Part shown: positions 8,728 through 18,503 of the stretch, piece after piece
Layout of the letters: every line of letters starts with the position of its first letter
How positions within the stretch are numbered: position 1 is the first letter of the stretch
Assembly (NCBI GenBank): GCA_964579335.1
Contig: CAZOFS010000002.1
Coordinates: 9,581 to 73,580 of the forward strand
Length of the DNA stretch: 64,000 bases
Origin: an uncultured Bdellovibrionales bacterium
GTDB taxonomy: Bacteria; Patescibacteriota; Minisyncoccia; Moranbacterales; UBA1568
Direction of reading: 5' to 3'
Notes under the pieces: model-generated
Told to the model about the DNA's origin: nothing
Databases searched by the model: none
The model's input: only the letters and a program-made list of their open reading frames with translations
Position numbers and translations under genes: made by a program

Positions 8728-9987
8728 TTATTGGCCAATGCTCTCAGCGATTACGAGGAGACGATTATATTTCACCAGACGTTCCCCTCGAGCTAATGAC
8801 CCTGTTTTGATGTACTCTGCCCCAGTCGCCACAGCCAAGTCAGCAATAAAGTCATCAGTCGTCTCACCCGAGCGATGTGAAATCACGGTCTTGAACGCAT
8901 GTTTCTGAGCAAGCATAATACAAGCCAAAGTTTCAGTGAGGGTACCGATCTGATTGACTTTAATTAAAACAGCGTTGCATGCTTTTTCATCGATAGCTTT
9001 CTGGAGTCGTTTAACATTGGTCACAAGGAGATCATCCCCTACGAGCATAATGCTCTGGCCAACTTTCTCGTTGAATTCTCGCCAACCCTGCCAATCCTCT
9101 TCATGGAAGGGGTCCTCGATGGAGACGAGTGGAAAACGAGTGGTCCATTCCCGATAGAGAGCAGCGAGCTCAGTGTATCCAAGAATAGCTTGCTCTGGCT
9201 CAAGCGCATACCGTGCATGTTCTCGGTCATAGAAAGAGTTAGCAGCGGCATCGATATCGAGTACGACGTCCTTCCCTGGTTCATAACCACTTTCACGGAT
9301 AGCCTGGACCAGGAGTTCGAAGGTTTGGGCATGGCCCTCAAGACGCGGAGCAAAGCCACCCTCATCACCAACATCGGTGGTATAGCCATTTTTCCGAAGG
9401 AGTGATTGGAGCGTGTGGAAAATTTCACTTCCCGCCCGTAGCTGCTCACGATAAGTTTTGATTCCAGCTGGGACAATTTTAAATTCTTGAACCGAGAGAC
9501 CTGAGTCAGCATGCTCTCCACCATTGATCACATTGAACATCGGGAGAGGGAATCCAGTAGTTTTCTTGAAGGTGCCAAGACGAGCTAAGTATACATAGAG
9601 CGGCTCATGGAGACTCATCGAAGCAGCTCGAGCTACAGCGAGCGATACGCCAAGCATAGCATTAGCCCCCAGTTTAGATTTATTCTCAGTCCCATCGAGG
9701 GCGAGCATGGCCTCGTCAATTTTTTTCTGCTCTGTTACCTCCATCCCAATGAGTACAGGGGCAATGAGGGTATGAATATGCTCCACAGCTTGTAGTACTC
9801 CCTTACCATGGTAACGCTTAGGATCACCATCACGGAGCTCGAGTGCCTCATGACTACCTGTTGAAGCGCCTGATGGTACCGAAGCAGTAGCTACCATGCC
9901 GTCTGAAAGGGTCACGGAAACTTCCACTGTAGGTTGCCCACGTGAATCAAGAATTTCTCGTGCTTGGATAGACTGGAGAGTAGTCAT
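8728..9987 (-). CDS. eno: Enolase
   Basis: 'ILDSRGQPTVEVSV...', 'SGETTDDFIADLAVA', 419 aa. Confidence 0.95.
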   Translation of the reverse strand: MTTLQSIQAREILDSRGQPTVEVSVTLSDGMVATASVPSGASTGSHEALELRDGDPKRYHGKGVLQAVEHIHTLIAPVLIGMEVTEQKKIDEAMLALDGTENKSKLGANAMLGVSLAVARAASMSLHEPLYVYLARLGTFKKTTGFPLPMFNVINGGEHADSGLSVQEFKIVPAGIKTYREQLRAGSEIFHTLQSLLRKNGYTTDVGDEGGFAPRLEGHAQTFELLVQAIRESGYEPGKDVVLDIDAAANSFYDREHARYALEPEQAILGYTELAALYREWTTRFPLVSIEDPFHEEDWQGWREFNEKVGQSIMLVGDDLLVTNVKRLQKAIDEKACNAVLIKVNQIGTLTETLACIMLAQKHAFKTVISHRSGETTDDFIADLAVATGAEYIKTGSLARGERLVKYNRLLVIAESIGQ

Positions 9988-10009
9988 AGAAACTATACAC
10001 TAAAAGAAA

Positions 10010-11065
10010 TTACACTGTGGCGCGCAACACCTCAATTCCTGGTAGAGTTTTCCCAGAAAGGTACTCAAGCATGGCTCCACCCCCACTTGAGACAAAGCCA
10101 ATTTTATGAAATACCCCGGCTTGTTCGAGGACTGCCAATGACTCCCCACCACCAATCACAACATTGGCCTCACTCTCTAGAATAGCCGCCAAAACTAAAT
10201 TGGTACCAATGTCATATGGTTTCTCTTCAAACTTTCCCATGGGACCGTTCCACACAATCGTTTTAGCCTTTTTAATAATTTGAGCAAAGTAAGCGGCAGT
10301 CATCGGACCAATATCGAGGCGCTGTGGAGAGTCAAAATCCCTGGGCAACAACACTTTTTCATTAAAGGTGAGGCCTTGATCAATGGCTTCATTGGCAATT
10401 TTACCACCCACCAACACGCAGTCATAAATTTCCTGAAAGGCTTGAATAAGAGGAAGTTTAGTTTCGATCTTGGCTCCACCGATAATAGCGACAGCTGGCC
10501 GATCTGGACTCGTCTTGAGTGCATCCAAACGGAGGAGTTCCTCAACCAGATGAAGTCCTGCAGCACTCGGAAGGAGTGTCGGGACAGTCGTAACCGAAGC
10601 ATGGGCTCGATGACTCACTCCAAAAGCCTCATTGACATAACAGTCAAAAGGCGCAGCCAAAGCCTTGGCAAAAACTGGATCATTAGCCTCTTCACCAGGA
10701 TAAAAACGGACATTTTCGAGGAGGAGCACTGCTTGTGAAGGAAGTGTTTCAAGAGCAGTCACTACCTCATCTCCGATACAAGCCGGAACAAACTTCACTT
10801 CTCGCTCAAGCACTCGAGCTACCTCACTCTCTATCTGAGCTGTGGAGAAAGCGGGATCAAAAGGCTTCTTAGGCCGACCAAAATGAGTAAGGAGAGCAAT
10901 CTGCTTGGCTCCAGATTGGAAAAGAGTGTCAATCGTTTTCTTGGCTACCTCAAGTTTGTACCCCTCCTGGATGTGAGCTACATCACGAAGCTCAACATTG
11001 AAGTCTACTCGTACCAAAACTTTTTTTCTCATTACTTCGAGTGACGCTAATTCACGTAAAGCCAT
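10010..11065 (-). CDS. pgk: Phosphoglycerate kinase
   Basis: 'KKVLVRVDFNV' N-terminal motif and 'GGGESLAV' hinge/C-domain motifs. Start chosen at the ATG at 11065 (ORF track runs to 11095). Confidence 0.9.
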   Translation of the reverse strand: MALRELASLEVMRKKVLVRVDFNVELRDVAHIQEGYKLEVAKKTIDTLFQSGAKQIALLTHFGRPKKPFDPAFSTAQIESEVARVLEREVKFVPACIGDEVVTALETLPSQAVLLLENVRFYPGEEANDPVFAKALAAPFDCYVNEAFGVSHRAHASVTTVPTLLPSAAGLHLVEELLRLDALKTSPDRPAVAIIGGAKIETKLPLIQAFQEIYDCVLVGGKIANEAIDQGLTFNEKVLLPRDFDSPQRLDIGPMTAAYFAQIIKKAKTIVWNGPMGKFEEKPYDIGTNLVLAAILESEANVVIGGGESLAVLEQAGVFHKIGFVSSGGGAMLEYLSGKTLPGIEVLRATV

Positions 11066-11104
11066 AACATGTATATATTTGATAATGCCCAACACGCCCT
11101 ACAT

Positions 11105-12214
11105 TTACGAGCCCATACCTACTATACCAATAATAACACCTACGAGTGCTGTCATGGCCGTAAAAATCCACGCCCGCATAACGACTTTTGGTTCAGGCCA
11201 GCCCTTGGCTTCGAAATGGTGATGCAAAGGTGCGGCCAAAAAAATCTTTCGGCCCAAAAAACGCTTAGCAAAGAGCTGTATAGCGACACTCCCTGATTCG
11301 AGGACGTACACAAAGACAATAATAAAGAGTACGAGAGCTGAATTGGTAAGCATCGCGACGACACCGAGGGTTGTCCCAAGTGAGATAGCTCCAGTATCTC
11401 CCATAAAAAAACGGGCCGGATAGATATTGAACCACAAAAATGCCATGAGGGCGCCGGCTACCGCAGCACAAAAGCTCGCTAGATCAACTTTGTTGTGCAT
11501 GAAGGCCAGTAGTGCAAAGGAGGCAAAGGCCATGAGAAGTACCCCGCCATTGAGTCCATCCAGCCCATCAGTTTCATTGGAAGAAATAGCGGCAAAGAGA
11601 ATCACGAAAAGGAAAAGGGGGATATACCACCAACCGATAGAGAAGTCGCCAAGAGCTGGGATATGGAGTGTGTCCCAACCAAGTTTGCTGTAGAACCACC
11701 AGGCCCCAAGACCAGCAATCGAGAAGAGCCACCAGAAACGGAAGAGGAAACGCATCCCACCACCCTTGTTGCTCCCATAACCACGGACACTCATGTAGTC
11801 ATCCAAGAGTCCAAGGAGTCCAGCCATGACAAGGGTAAAGAGTGGGAGCCATGTCTGAGAGCGTTTGAGAAAGTCCAAACGAGCAATAAAGTTGGTGTCA
11901 GTTACCTCCGCAATCCAGGGAAAGAGCCATTCAGAAGCAAAAGCAAGGATAAGCACAGTTACCCAGATAATGAGCCCTCCCATGGTAGGTGTCCCTGCTT
12001 TCCAGGCATGGAGTTTCGAAACAAAGGTAAGCTTATCACCATTCACCCCATTTTCTTTAATGCGTATACCAATTTTGTATTTATAGAGAATATGCGTCCA
12101 GAGTGGGGTGAGGGCAAAAGCGAGAAGAAACGCCAAAATCCCCGTCACCAATACCTTGACGATATTCATGACGACTGGGAGGTGTTGAAATTGAGCAATG
12201 ACTACAGCATCCAT
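11105..12214 (-). CDS. mraY: Phospho-N-acetylmuramoyl-pentapeptide transferase MraY
   Basis: 'NIYPARFFMGDTGAISLG', 'APLHHHFE', polytopic, 369 aa. Confidence 0.9.
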   Translation of the reverse strand: MDAVVIAQFQHLPVVMNIVKVLVTGILAFLLAFALTPLWTHILYKYKIGIRIKENGVNGDKLTFVSKLHAWKAGTPTMGGLIIWVTVLILAFASEWLFPWIAEVTDTNFIARLDFLKRSQTWLPLFTLVMAGLLGLLDDYMSVRGYGSNKGGGMRFLFRFWWLFSIAGLGAWWFYSKLGWDTLHIPALGDFSIGWWYIPLFLFVILFAAISSNETDGLDGLNGGVLLMAFASFALLAFMHNKVDLASFCAAVAGALMAFLWFNIYPARFFMGDTGAISLGTTLGVVAMLTNSALVLFIIVFVYVLESGSVAIQLFAKRFLGRKIFLAAPLHHHFEAKGWPEPKVVMRAWIFTAMTALVGVIIGIVGMGS

Positions 12215-12232
12215 AAAAAGTTGTTTTCCTAC

Positions 12233-13267
12233 CTATATCCAATCATACGCCTGAAAGCTCCAAGAGAACATAGAGCGGATACTCTCCCAACGATAGGGGT
12301 CATTGAGGACAACCGCAATCACCGGATGAGCCCCTTCTGGATTTTCGGCTACCGCCAGGAGAGAGTAGCCGGCAAGCGGGGTGAAGCCAGTTTTGGTACC
12401 AATGAGATTAGGCATACTCCCCAAGAGCTGATCGGTATTAAAAATCTCATGGGTAAGCAGCCCATCAACCGAAGTAATAACAGTCTTCTCTGACTGCATC
12501 ATATCCCAGATAATAGGGTGCTTGAGGGCTTCCATGGCTACCAGAGCCATGTCACGTGCTGTTGAGTAGCATTCAGCCTCTCGTCCATCAATTTCAAGTC
12601 CAGATGGAGTACAGAAGTGTGAATTAGTAAGGCCAAGCGTCGCAGCCCGAGCATTCATCTCTGCTACAAAAGCATCACGCGAACCACTCAAGTGTTTTGC
12701 GAGGGCCATAGCTGTATCATTGGCACTATTCATGAGCATAGCTTGAAGTAGATTCCTGACGGTAATTTTTTCTCCTACCTTGAGCCGGACACCGTTACAA
12801 AAACCTGAGCGTGGACACCCTACTCGAGTCCCTTCGGTATAGACTGCTTCTTCATCGATCGTTACGACCTCATCAAGGTTGGCCATGCGTTCTACAATAA
12901 TGAGCGCCGTAAAGAGCTTGGTCAGTGAGGCGACCTGCCGTTTGGTATCAGCTGCTCGGACATAGAGTTCTTGGCCCGTTTCGGCATCAATAATAATCGC
13001 TGCGTGAGCGGTCGGCACCGAGAGATGTGGTGCAAAGTCACGCAAACGTGGCTGGAAAAGAGTTGAAGCCCCACGATTCTCAGCAATAAACGGGAGTGTA
13101 GCCAAAGGAGCTTCGGGAGGATCGCTTTCGGAAGCTGGTTGGAACCATTTCTCCAATACCCCCCATTCACTTATGGCCATATTCAAAACAAGCTCCGGCC
13201 GAGACTGGAAAATCCATGTACCGAGGGTAACCAGTGTGAGTGTGAGAATTAACCAAAAGCGAATCAT
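12233..13267 (-). CDS. D-alanyl-D-alanine carboxypeptidase (peptidase S11, PBP5-like)
   Basis: SxxK 'ASLTK', SxN 'SANDTA', KTG 'KTGFT'. N-terminal membrane anchor. Confidence 0.8.
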   Translation of the reverse strand: MIRFWLILTLTLVTLGTWIFQSRPELVLNMAISEWGVLEKWFQPASESDPPEAPLATLPFIAENRGASTLFQPRLRDFAPHLSVPTAHAAIIIDAETGQELYVRAADTKRQVASLTKLFTALIIVERMANLDEVVTIDEEAVYTEGTRVGCPRSGFCNGVRLKVGEKITVRNLLQAMLMNSANDTAMALAKHLSGSRDAFVAEMNARAATLGLTNSHFCTPSGLEIDGREAECYSTARDMALVAMEALKHPIIWDMMQSEKTVITSVDGLLTHEIFNTDQLLGSMPNLIGTKTGFTPLAGYSLLAVAENPEGAHPVIAVVLNDPYRWESIRSMFSWSFQAYDWI

Positions 13268-13848
13268 GCGGATGGAGCTACTGAGTCATCAGGGGAAGTT
13301 TCAAGCACTTTGTTGAGGCGTTCGTCTTGTGAGAGAGTGGCAAAGTCAGGCAAGGCCTCTTTCGACGGCAAACCTAGTTTTTCCAAAAGCGCAAGTGATG
13401 GCGTATAGAGGTATTCGCGAGTATCCTCAGGATTTTCTTCGCGCTCAATGAGACCACGCAAGAGGAGATTGCGCAAAGTAAAGCTACAGTTCACCCCACG
13501 GATAGCCTCAATAGCCGAACGAGAGAGTGGTGCTCGGTAGGCGATGATCGCGAGCACCTCAAGTGCGGCTCGAGAGAGACTTTCTTGGAGGAAGCTTTTG
13601 GTAAAACTTTCAAGTACGTGACTGTGCTCAGGTTTAGTAGCAAGCTCCACGTGCTCTTTATCCTGAATAATCATAAGACCAGAGCTCGTATCACCAGCGT
13701 AACGTTTGGCGAGAGCCTCTATAAGCGATGGATACTCATTTTCGTTGAGTGAAAGTAAACTTATAATTTTTTTGCGTGTCAACGCTTCACCACTCACAAA
13801 GAGTAGGGCCTCGAGAGCTCCAAGTTGCTGGACTAAGGGAGTGGTCAT
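13264..13848 (-). CDS. scpB: Segregation and condensation protein B
   Basis: 'LEALLFVSGEALTRKKI' winged-helix N-terminus, 194 aa. Overlaps scpA (ATGA) and the carboxypeptidase gene. Confidence 0.8.
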   Translation of the reverse strand: MTTPLVQQLGALEALLFVSGEALTRKKIISLLSLNENEYPSLIEALAKRYAGDTSSGLMIIQDKEHVELATKPEHSHVLESFTKSFLQESLSRAALEVLAIIAYRAPLSRSAIEAIRGVNCSFTLRNLLLRGLIEREENPEDTREYLYTPSLALLEKLGLPSKEALPDFATLSQDERLNKVLETSPDDSVAPSA

Positions 13849-14567
13849 ACTGTGTGATCTGATTTATGAATACGAATAGCAATATCACCAAAAAAATCTT
13901 TTTGTTCTACGACAACAAGACGTTCTTTGATGAGTTGGAGAAGTGCCAAGAATGATACGATGAGCTCTACTCGATTTTCTACTGTTGCTGTGAGATCGTG
14001 AAAAGAAGTTTCTATTCGCTCAGCGAGGCTCGATCGGAAGAAGGCCATCTTTTCTTCAAGTTTAACGATATGCTCTACCGTCACTTCTTCAAGCGTCTCA
14101 AGGAGTGGGATTTCGCCAATCACCATTTCAAAAGCCTGACGAAGATCAAAAGCCGTGAGGTTGGCAGGAGGGAAAAACACTCCCCCAACACTTTCAAGTG
14201 TCCGCTCTCTTACGTATGCTGACTCTTTTCGCGTAAGCAGCTTCCCAAGCCGAGTGCTCGCTTCACGAAACTTCTGATATTCCCTGAGTTGCCATTCAAG
14301 ATCAGCAATAGATTCCTCCTCTTCATCGGTAAAGCTGAGAAGTGGGAGAAGTGCCCGAGATTTGAGGAGAATCAGTCGAGCTGCTACCGAGAGAAACTGT
14401 GAGAGGTGAGCTAGTGGAAGTTCTTGCTCGCGTTCAAGGTACTCGAGATACTGATCGGCCACCTGAGCCAAAGACACTCGGGTAATATCGAGTTTCTCCT
14501 TTTCAATCAATTGCAAGAGGAGCTCGAGGGGCCCTTCGAACTGCTCCAAATGTACCGCATAGGTCAT
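13845..14567 (-). CDS. scpA: Segregation and condensation protein A
   Basis: 'FEGPLELLLQLIEKEKLDITRVSLAQVADQYLEYL' is a typical ScpA N-terminus. 240 aa. Confidence 0.8.
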   Translation of the reverse strand: MTYAVHLEQFEGPLELLLQLIEKEKLDITRVSLAQVADQYLEYLEREQELPLAHLSQFLSVAARLILLKSRALLPLLSFTDEEEESIADLEWQLREYQKFREASTRLGKLLTRKESAYVRERTLESVGGVFFPPANLTAFDLRQAFEMVIGEIPLLETLEEVTVEHIVKLEEKMAFFRSSLAERIETSFHDLTATVENRVELIVSFLALLQLIKERLVVVEQKDFFGDIAIRIHKSDHTV

Positions 14568-14671
14568 AGGCTCCCCGCTATTGTAGCACGGAGAAAGTGG
14601 AAGGAAAAAGATCCCTCCACAGAGCTGATTCCTTCCCTTTGTCTGACGAAGTTACCATATCATATCCCCTA

Positions 14672-15883
14672 CTATCTCTCTGACTCACTCCTGGTATCAC
14701 GTAGGGTAAGTACAAGAAAACAGGCAGCGAGAGCAAATGCAGCCACTAGAAAGAAAAGTCCTGAAAGAGGGAAGATGGCAAGGAAAAAGATACCGACGAT
14801 GGCTGCAAATATATTGGCTGTCGGGCGAGCAGTACGGAAAAAAGCAATAATGTCTGCATCCTCGCTCGTAATCTGTTTGTAGAAATATGAGTCGCGGAGA
14901 ATTTCTACCCCTGCTGCTCCGATCCGAGTAGCAAAGAGCACGAGGGCCCAAAATACGATCGTCTCATGTGAAGCAAGTGCTACCCAAGTAGTAGCCACGA
15001 CCATAATAACCAATGAAAGGAGCAGCAACTCTTTTTCACCCCACTTCTTATCAGCCAATATTCCAAGCGGATATTGAATCAACACAAACGGGATCAGCAT
15101 AATCGTAAAGATAAATCCAATGTCAGTCCAGTCGTATCCATAGGAGCGTAACAGAATGGGTGAGTAAACAATCATGATGACATAAAAGAATTCAAGCGCC
15201 CAAGAAACAGCGTAAATGGAGAGGAGATTTCTCTGCTGGACCACTTTTTTGAGTGTCACAATAAATGAAATTCGTTTCTCACTGTATGTACGATGACTGC
15301 GTAGTCCGAGAGTGGCTATTATCAGCACGATGGCATATCCGACCGTACTAACTAGGAACACTCCTTCATACCCAGATTGAGAGAGGGTCCATGTTGAGAT
15401 AAATGGGGCGAGGAGTAGCCCAGCATTTAAGACAGTGAGGTAAAAACCACGGATCCGTCCAGAAACTCTATCAGAAGAAAAATCCTCAAGCAGAATATCA
15501 GTGACTGGGCCAAGAGTATTACTCACGATAAGGAAAAGGAGGAGAACAAGAGCGCCAACCCAGTGCGGTCCAGAAAGACTGAGGTAGAAACTGAGCATGA
15601 TTAGTGCCACGTAGAGCAGAAGGAGCAGCCGTACTGAACCAAAGCGATGCAGGATAGGCTGCAAATACATGAGTATACCGAGTACTGCCGCATAGGCAAC
15701 CAGATAAAACCCCCCAACGAGATTCTCTCCAGACAATGAAGCAAAATAGGATGAAAGGATATAGAGCAGGAACGCATCAAGAAACCCGACAATAAATGAA
15801 AGTCCCGACAGAAAACGAACTTTGTTCCGGTTAAATTTTTCTTGATACTTATTTTCGAGCGACATGTTTCTATTATGCCACAC
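14672..15883 (-). CDS. MFS transporter
   Basis: About 12 predicted TM helices, 403 aa, typical MFS loop between TM2 and TM3. Confidence 0.65.
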   Translation of the reverse strand: MWHNRNMSLENKYQEKFNRNKVRFLSGLSFIVGFLDAFLLYILSSYFASLSGENLVGGFYLVAYAAVLGILMYLQPILHRFGSVRLLLLLYVALIMLSFYLSLSGPHWVGALVLLLFLIVSNTLGPVTDILLEDFSSDRVSGRIRGFYLTVLNAGLLLAPFISTWTLSQSGYEGVFLVSTVGYAIVLIIATLGLRSHRTYSEKRISFIVTLKKVVQQRNLLSIYAVSWALEFFYVIMIVYSPILLRSYGYDWTDIGFIFTIMLIPFVLIQYPLGILADKKWGEKELLLLSLVIMVVATTWVALASHETIVFWALVLFATRIGAAGVEILRDSYFYKQITSEDADIIAFFRTARPTANIFAAIVGIFFLAIFPLSGLFFLVAAFALAACFLVLTLRDTRSESER

Positions 15884-15901
15884 AAACTCAATTTCTAAAC
15901 A

Positions 15902-16333
15902 CTAGGGTTCGAGACAACCCGGAAGATAGCCTTTGGCTTTGGCATCTTCGACTGAAGCGAAGCAACGCTTATTCTCGGGCTTAATTTGTTTGGCACAACG
16001 AGAGGCTGGATGATGATATTTATTACTATTCTTACTCCCTACTAATTGGCACTCCGTTATAACCGTAGTCGAGGATTGATTTTTGGTTTCAGAGGGAGAA
16101 GGTAGGTCTTTGGCCAAAGAGCTCTCCACGGATGTGGATACATTGCTCACTGGCGCAGATTCGGCCACTCGGATAATCACCGGCTCAGTATTTTTCCCCA
16201 GACTTTTTTGGAGTAATCCAGCCTGGAAAGAAAGGGTGGCCACCAAGATAAAAGCCAGGCCCAAGAGAAATTTGGAGCTGTACTCAACCCAAGTATTTTT
16301 ACCCCACAGAGTGACTTTATTAACCCATTGCAT
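15902..16333 (-). CDS. membrane-anchored protein with C-terminal Ada-like Cys4 zinc-binding motif
   Basis: N-terminal TM 'FLLGLAFILVATLSF', S/T-rich linker, C-terminal 'YHHPASRCAKQIKPENKRCFASVEDAKAKGYLPGC' resembling the Ada N-terminal Zn-binding consensus (YH..C...I..EN...F.S...A...G..PC). Start set at the ATG at 16333 because the longer ORF would overlap the rpmA promoter. Confidence 0.45.
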   Translation of the reverse strand: MQWVNKVTLWGKNTWVEYSSKFLLGLAFILVATLSFQAGLLQKSLGKNTEPVIIRVAESAPVSNVSTSVESSLAKDLPSPSETKNQSSTTVITECQLVGSKNSNKYHHPASRCAKQIKPENKRCFASVEDAKAKGYLPGCLEP

Positions 16334-16341
16334 ACTCGTAG

Positions 16342-16369
16342 TTGACAGGAAGCCTAGATGTGTTATACT
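16342..16369 (+). promoter_or_regulatory. sigma70-like promoter for rpmA: TTGACA-16nt-TATACT
   Basis: TTGACA at 16342-16347, TATACT at 16364-16369. RBS 'taggggaaa' before the ATG at 16417. Confidence 0.55.
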
Positions 16370-16416
16370 CTCCAAGTATTACATTTGAATTCCCAGTGTA
16401 GGGGAAATAGACCAAT

Positions 16417-16701
16417 ATGGCAACCAGAAAAGCGGGTGGATCAACCGCCCTCGGCCGTGACTCAATCTCCAAGCGTCTCGGCGTCAAAATCTTTGGAGGA
16501 CAACCTGCTCTCGAGGGTAATATCCTCGTACGTCAGCGCGGGACCAAGTTCCATGCTGGGAAGAACGTCGAGCGAGGAAGCGATGACACTCTCTTTGCTC
16601 TCACCGATGGAGTAGTCCAGTTTGAGGAGCGTAAGGTCAAGGCCTTTACCGGCAAGCTCGCCAAGCGCATGTTCGTCCACGTCCTCCCCGCTTCCAAATA
16701 A
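16417..16701 (+). CDS. rpmA: 50S ribosomal protein L27
   Basis: '[27 protein letters not shown]' is the canonical L27 sequence. 94 aa. Confidence 0.9.
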   Translation: MATRKAGGSTALGRDSISKRLGVKIFGGQPALEGNILVRQRGTKFHAGKNVERGSDDTLFALTDGVVQFEERKVKAFTGKLAKRMFVHVLPASK

Positions 16702-16714
16702 CGTTCGTCCTCAA

Positions 16715-16751
16715 GCAAAAACCCCTCGAGCAATCGAAGGGTTTTTCTTTT
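16715..16751. terminator. bidirectional terminator between rpmA (+) and the DUF2207-like gene (-)
   Basis: Hairpin CCCCTCGAgcaaTCGAAGGG with an A-run on one side and TTTTTCTTTT on the other. Confidence 0.5.
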
Positions 16752-16786
16752 GGTTTAACCAGAATTTTCATCCTACATTCCTCTCT

Positions 16787-18502
16787 CTACCATCCCCCTC
16801 CTCCTCCGCCTCCACCACCGCCACCAGAGGATCCGCCACCACTTGAGCCCGAGCTTGTGCCCATATTGGAAGCAATGCTTGATGAAACACTCTCCATTTG
16901 ACTGGCGAAGCTACTGGCATCAAACCCGGTATCGAAAGAGCCGACAAACCAAGCTGGATGATAGTTTTTGAAGTATAGAGCGCCATACATCTCTTCCATT
17001 TTCTTGATCCATTCCTTGGTCATCCCAAAGAGAATCGCTATAGGGAGAAGTGTTTCAAATACCCCCTCTTTTTCATGAAACTGCTGCCGGTACTTCTCGG
17101 CTGTCTCCATATAGAGCTTGAGCCCTTTGAGCTTGGCATAGGTTTCTACTCCGAGGTTAGTACGCTTGGGCATGACTATACCAAACCCCACAAATAACAA
17201 CCAGGTAAGAATAATCGCCACTATAGCTACCCAATGAAGTCCAGCTAAAAAAGTAAAGGATACCAATAACCCCACTATACCAATACCAACAAAAATATTT
17301 TGATACGTAAAGCCCGAGCGCTCAATAAGCTTAGCTTGAATAAGTGAGTCCTTTATGCGCTTCGTCAGTGGGCCCAGGACAGGATGAAATTTGTGTTTCA
17401 AATCCTTGAGCTTTACGCTGTTACCCGTAGCGAATACTGTATCGAGAAGGAGCTGCTGCTCGGGAGTAGCTATGAAATCAGTAGGTATATGTCGTTCCAG
17501 CACGAAGTCTTTGCTTTCAAAAAAGAGAATTTTCTCAGTCGTTTGATGAATGGTCACTACGCCTTTCACGGCGAGCTCTATGAGAGCCGCGGTAATGTAC
17601 TCAGACTTGAGACCGCCATTCGAAAGCAGTACCCCAGCCGTAAGAGCATTGAGTCCAGCCGGGATCTCGTATTCTGCGATTACAGGCTTATCCCACGCTG
17701 GATCATCACCATACCGCCGCCACATTCGATAGAGATAGATGCCCATAACCACAGGTATGAGAAACCAGAGATACGGGCCATAGAGCTCCCACCAGGAAAA
17801 TTGGTACGGGGTAAAGATGGTTGTGGGAAAACTGGCTGAAACGGTAATTCCTTCACGGAGAGCGAGGCCCCGGGTACTTTTGACTACGAGCGTATGATCA
17901 TTGTCCCAGCGAGCGGCTGCGATCTCGTTGGATGTAGTACCGAGAGCGCCACTGTAGAGATTGAGCTCGGTCGTCGTTTGAGTCACCCCGTCTGGGAAAT
18001 GCACGGTTCCGACGAAGGTATCAATCGGTAGATCCCAGAAGTTGCCCACTACATTCCAATACCACTCATGAAACTCCCCCTGGTCACGGATCACATTGCG
18101 GACGACATACACGATTTGGTACTCATTGATACCAGTTACCGTCTTATCTGGATCACCAATTTTCCACGTGATAGTATCGTCACTCGTGTTTCTTGTCTCC
18201 TCAAATTTGTGTGGCCGGCCCGCAAAGTCCGTAATGCTGAGAAGAGTCACCGGCGTTTCGATATCTCCCCCTGGTGTCTGGACGGCTGTTGGGACTACCC
18301 GAAATATCCCATGTTTCCCGACACACTCACCACAGTCAGCCGTAATCCGCTCGGTCACGGTCATGATTGAATCTTCCCGTATCTCAAACTCAGCCCGAAA
18401 ATCCTGTATATACCAATCGGTCACGTTTTCTCGCGCCTGGACCTTTGGCACATTAAACAGACAAGCACTCATTACCACGAGAAGAAAGAGAGATTGCTTC
18501 AT
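16787..18502 (-). CDS. DUF2207-like membrane protein with C-terminal Gly/Ser tail
   Basis: Signal/anchor 'MKQSLFLLVVMSACLF', large extracytoplasmic domain, TM helices in the middle and C-terminal parts, C-terminal 'SSGGGSSGGGGGGGGGGGW'. Start at the ATG at 18502 avoids overlap with the upstream gene. Confidence 0.5.
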   Translation of the reverse strand: MKQSLFLLVVMSACLFNVPKVQARENVTDWYIQDFRAEFEIREDSIMTVTERITADCGECVGKHGIFRVVPTAVQTPGGDIETPVTLLSITDFAGRPHKFEETRNTSDDTITWKIGDPDKTVTGINEYQIVYVVRNVIRDQGEFHEWYWNVVGNFWDLPIDTFVGTVHFPDGVTQTTTELNLYSGALGTTSNEIAAARWDNDHTLVVKSTRGLALREGITVSASFPTTIFTPYQFSWWELYGPYLWFLIPVVMGIYLYRMWRRYGDDPAWDKPVIAEYEIPAGLNALTAGVLLSNGGLKSEYITAALIELAVKGVVTIHQTTEKILFFESKDFVLERHIPTDFIATPEQQLLLDTVFATGNSVKLKDLKHKFHPVLGPLTKRIKDSLIQAKLIERSGFTYQNIFVGIGIVGLLVSFTFLAGLHWVAIVAIILTWLLFVGFGIVMPKRTNLGVETYAKLKGLKLYMETAEKYRQQFHEKEGVFETLLPIAILFGMTKEWIKKMEEMYGALYFKNYHPAWFVGSFDTGFDASSFASQMESVSSSIASNMGTSSGSSGGGSSGGGGGGGGGGGW

Positions 18503-18503
18503 A

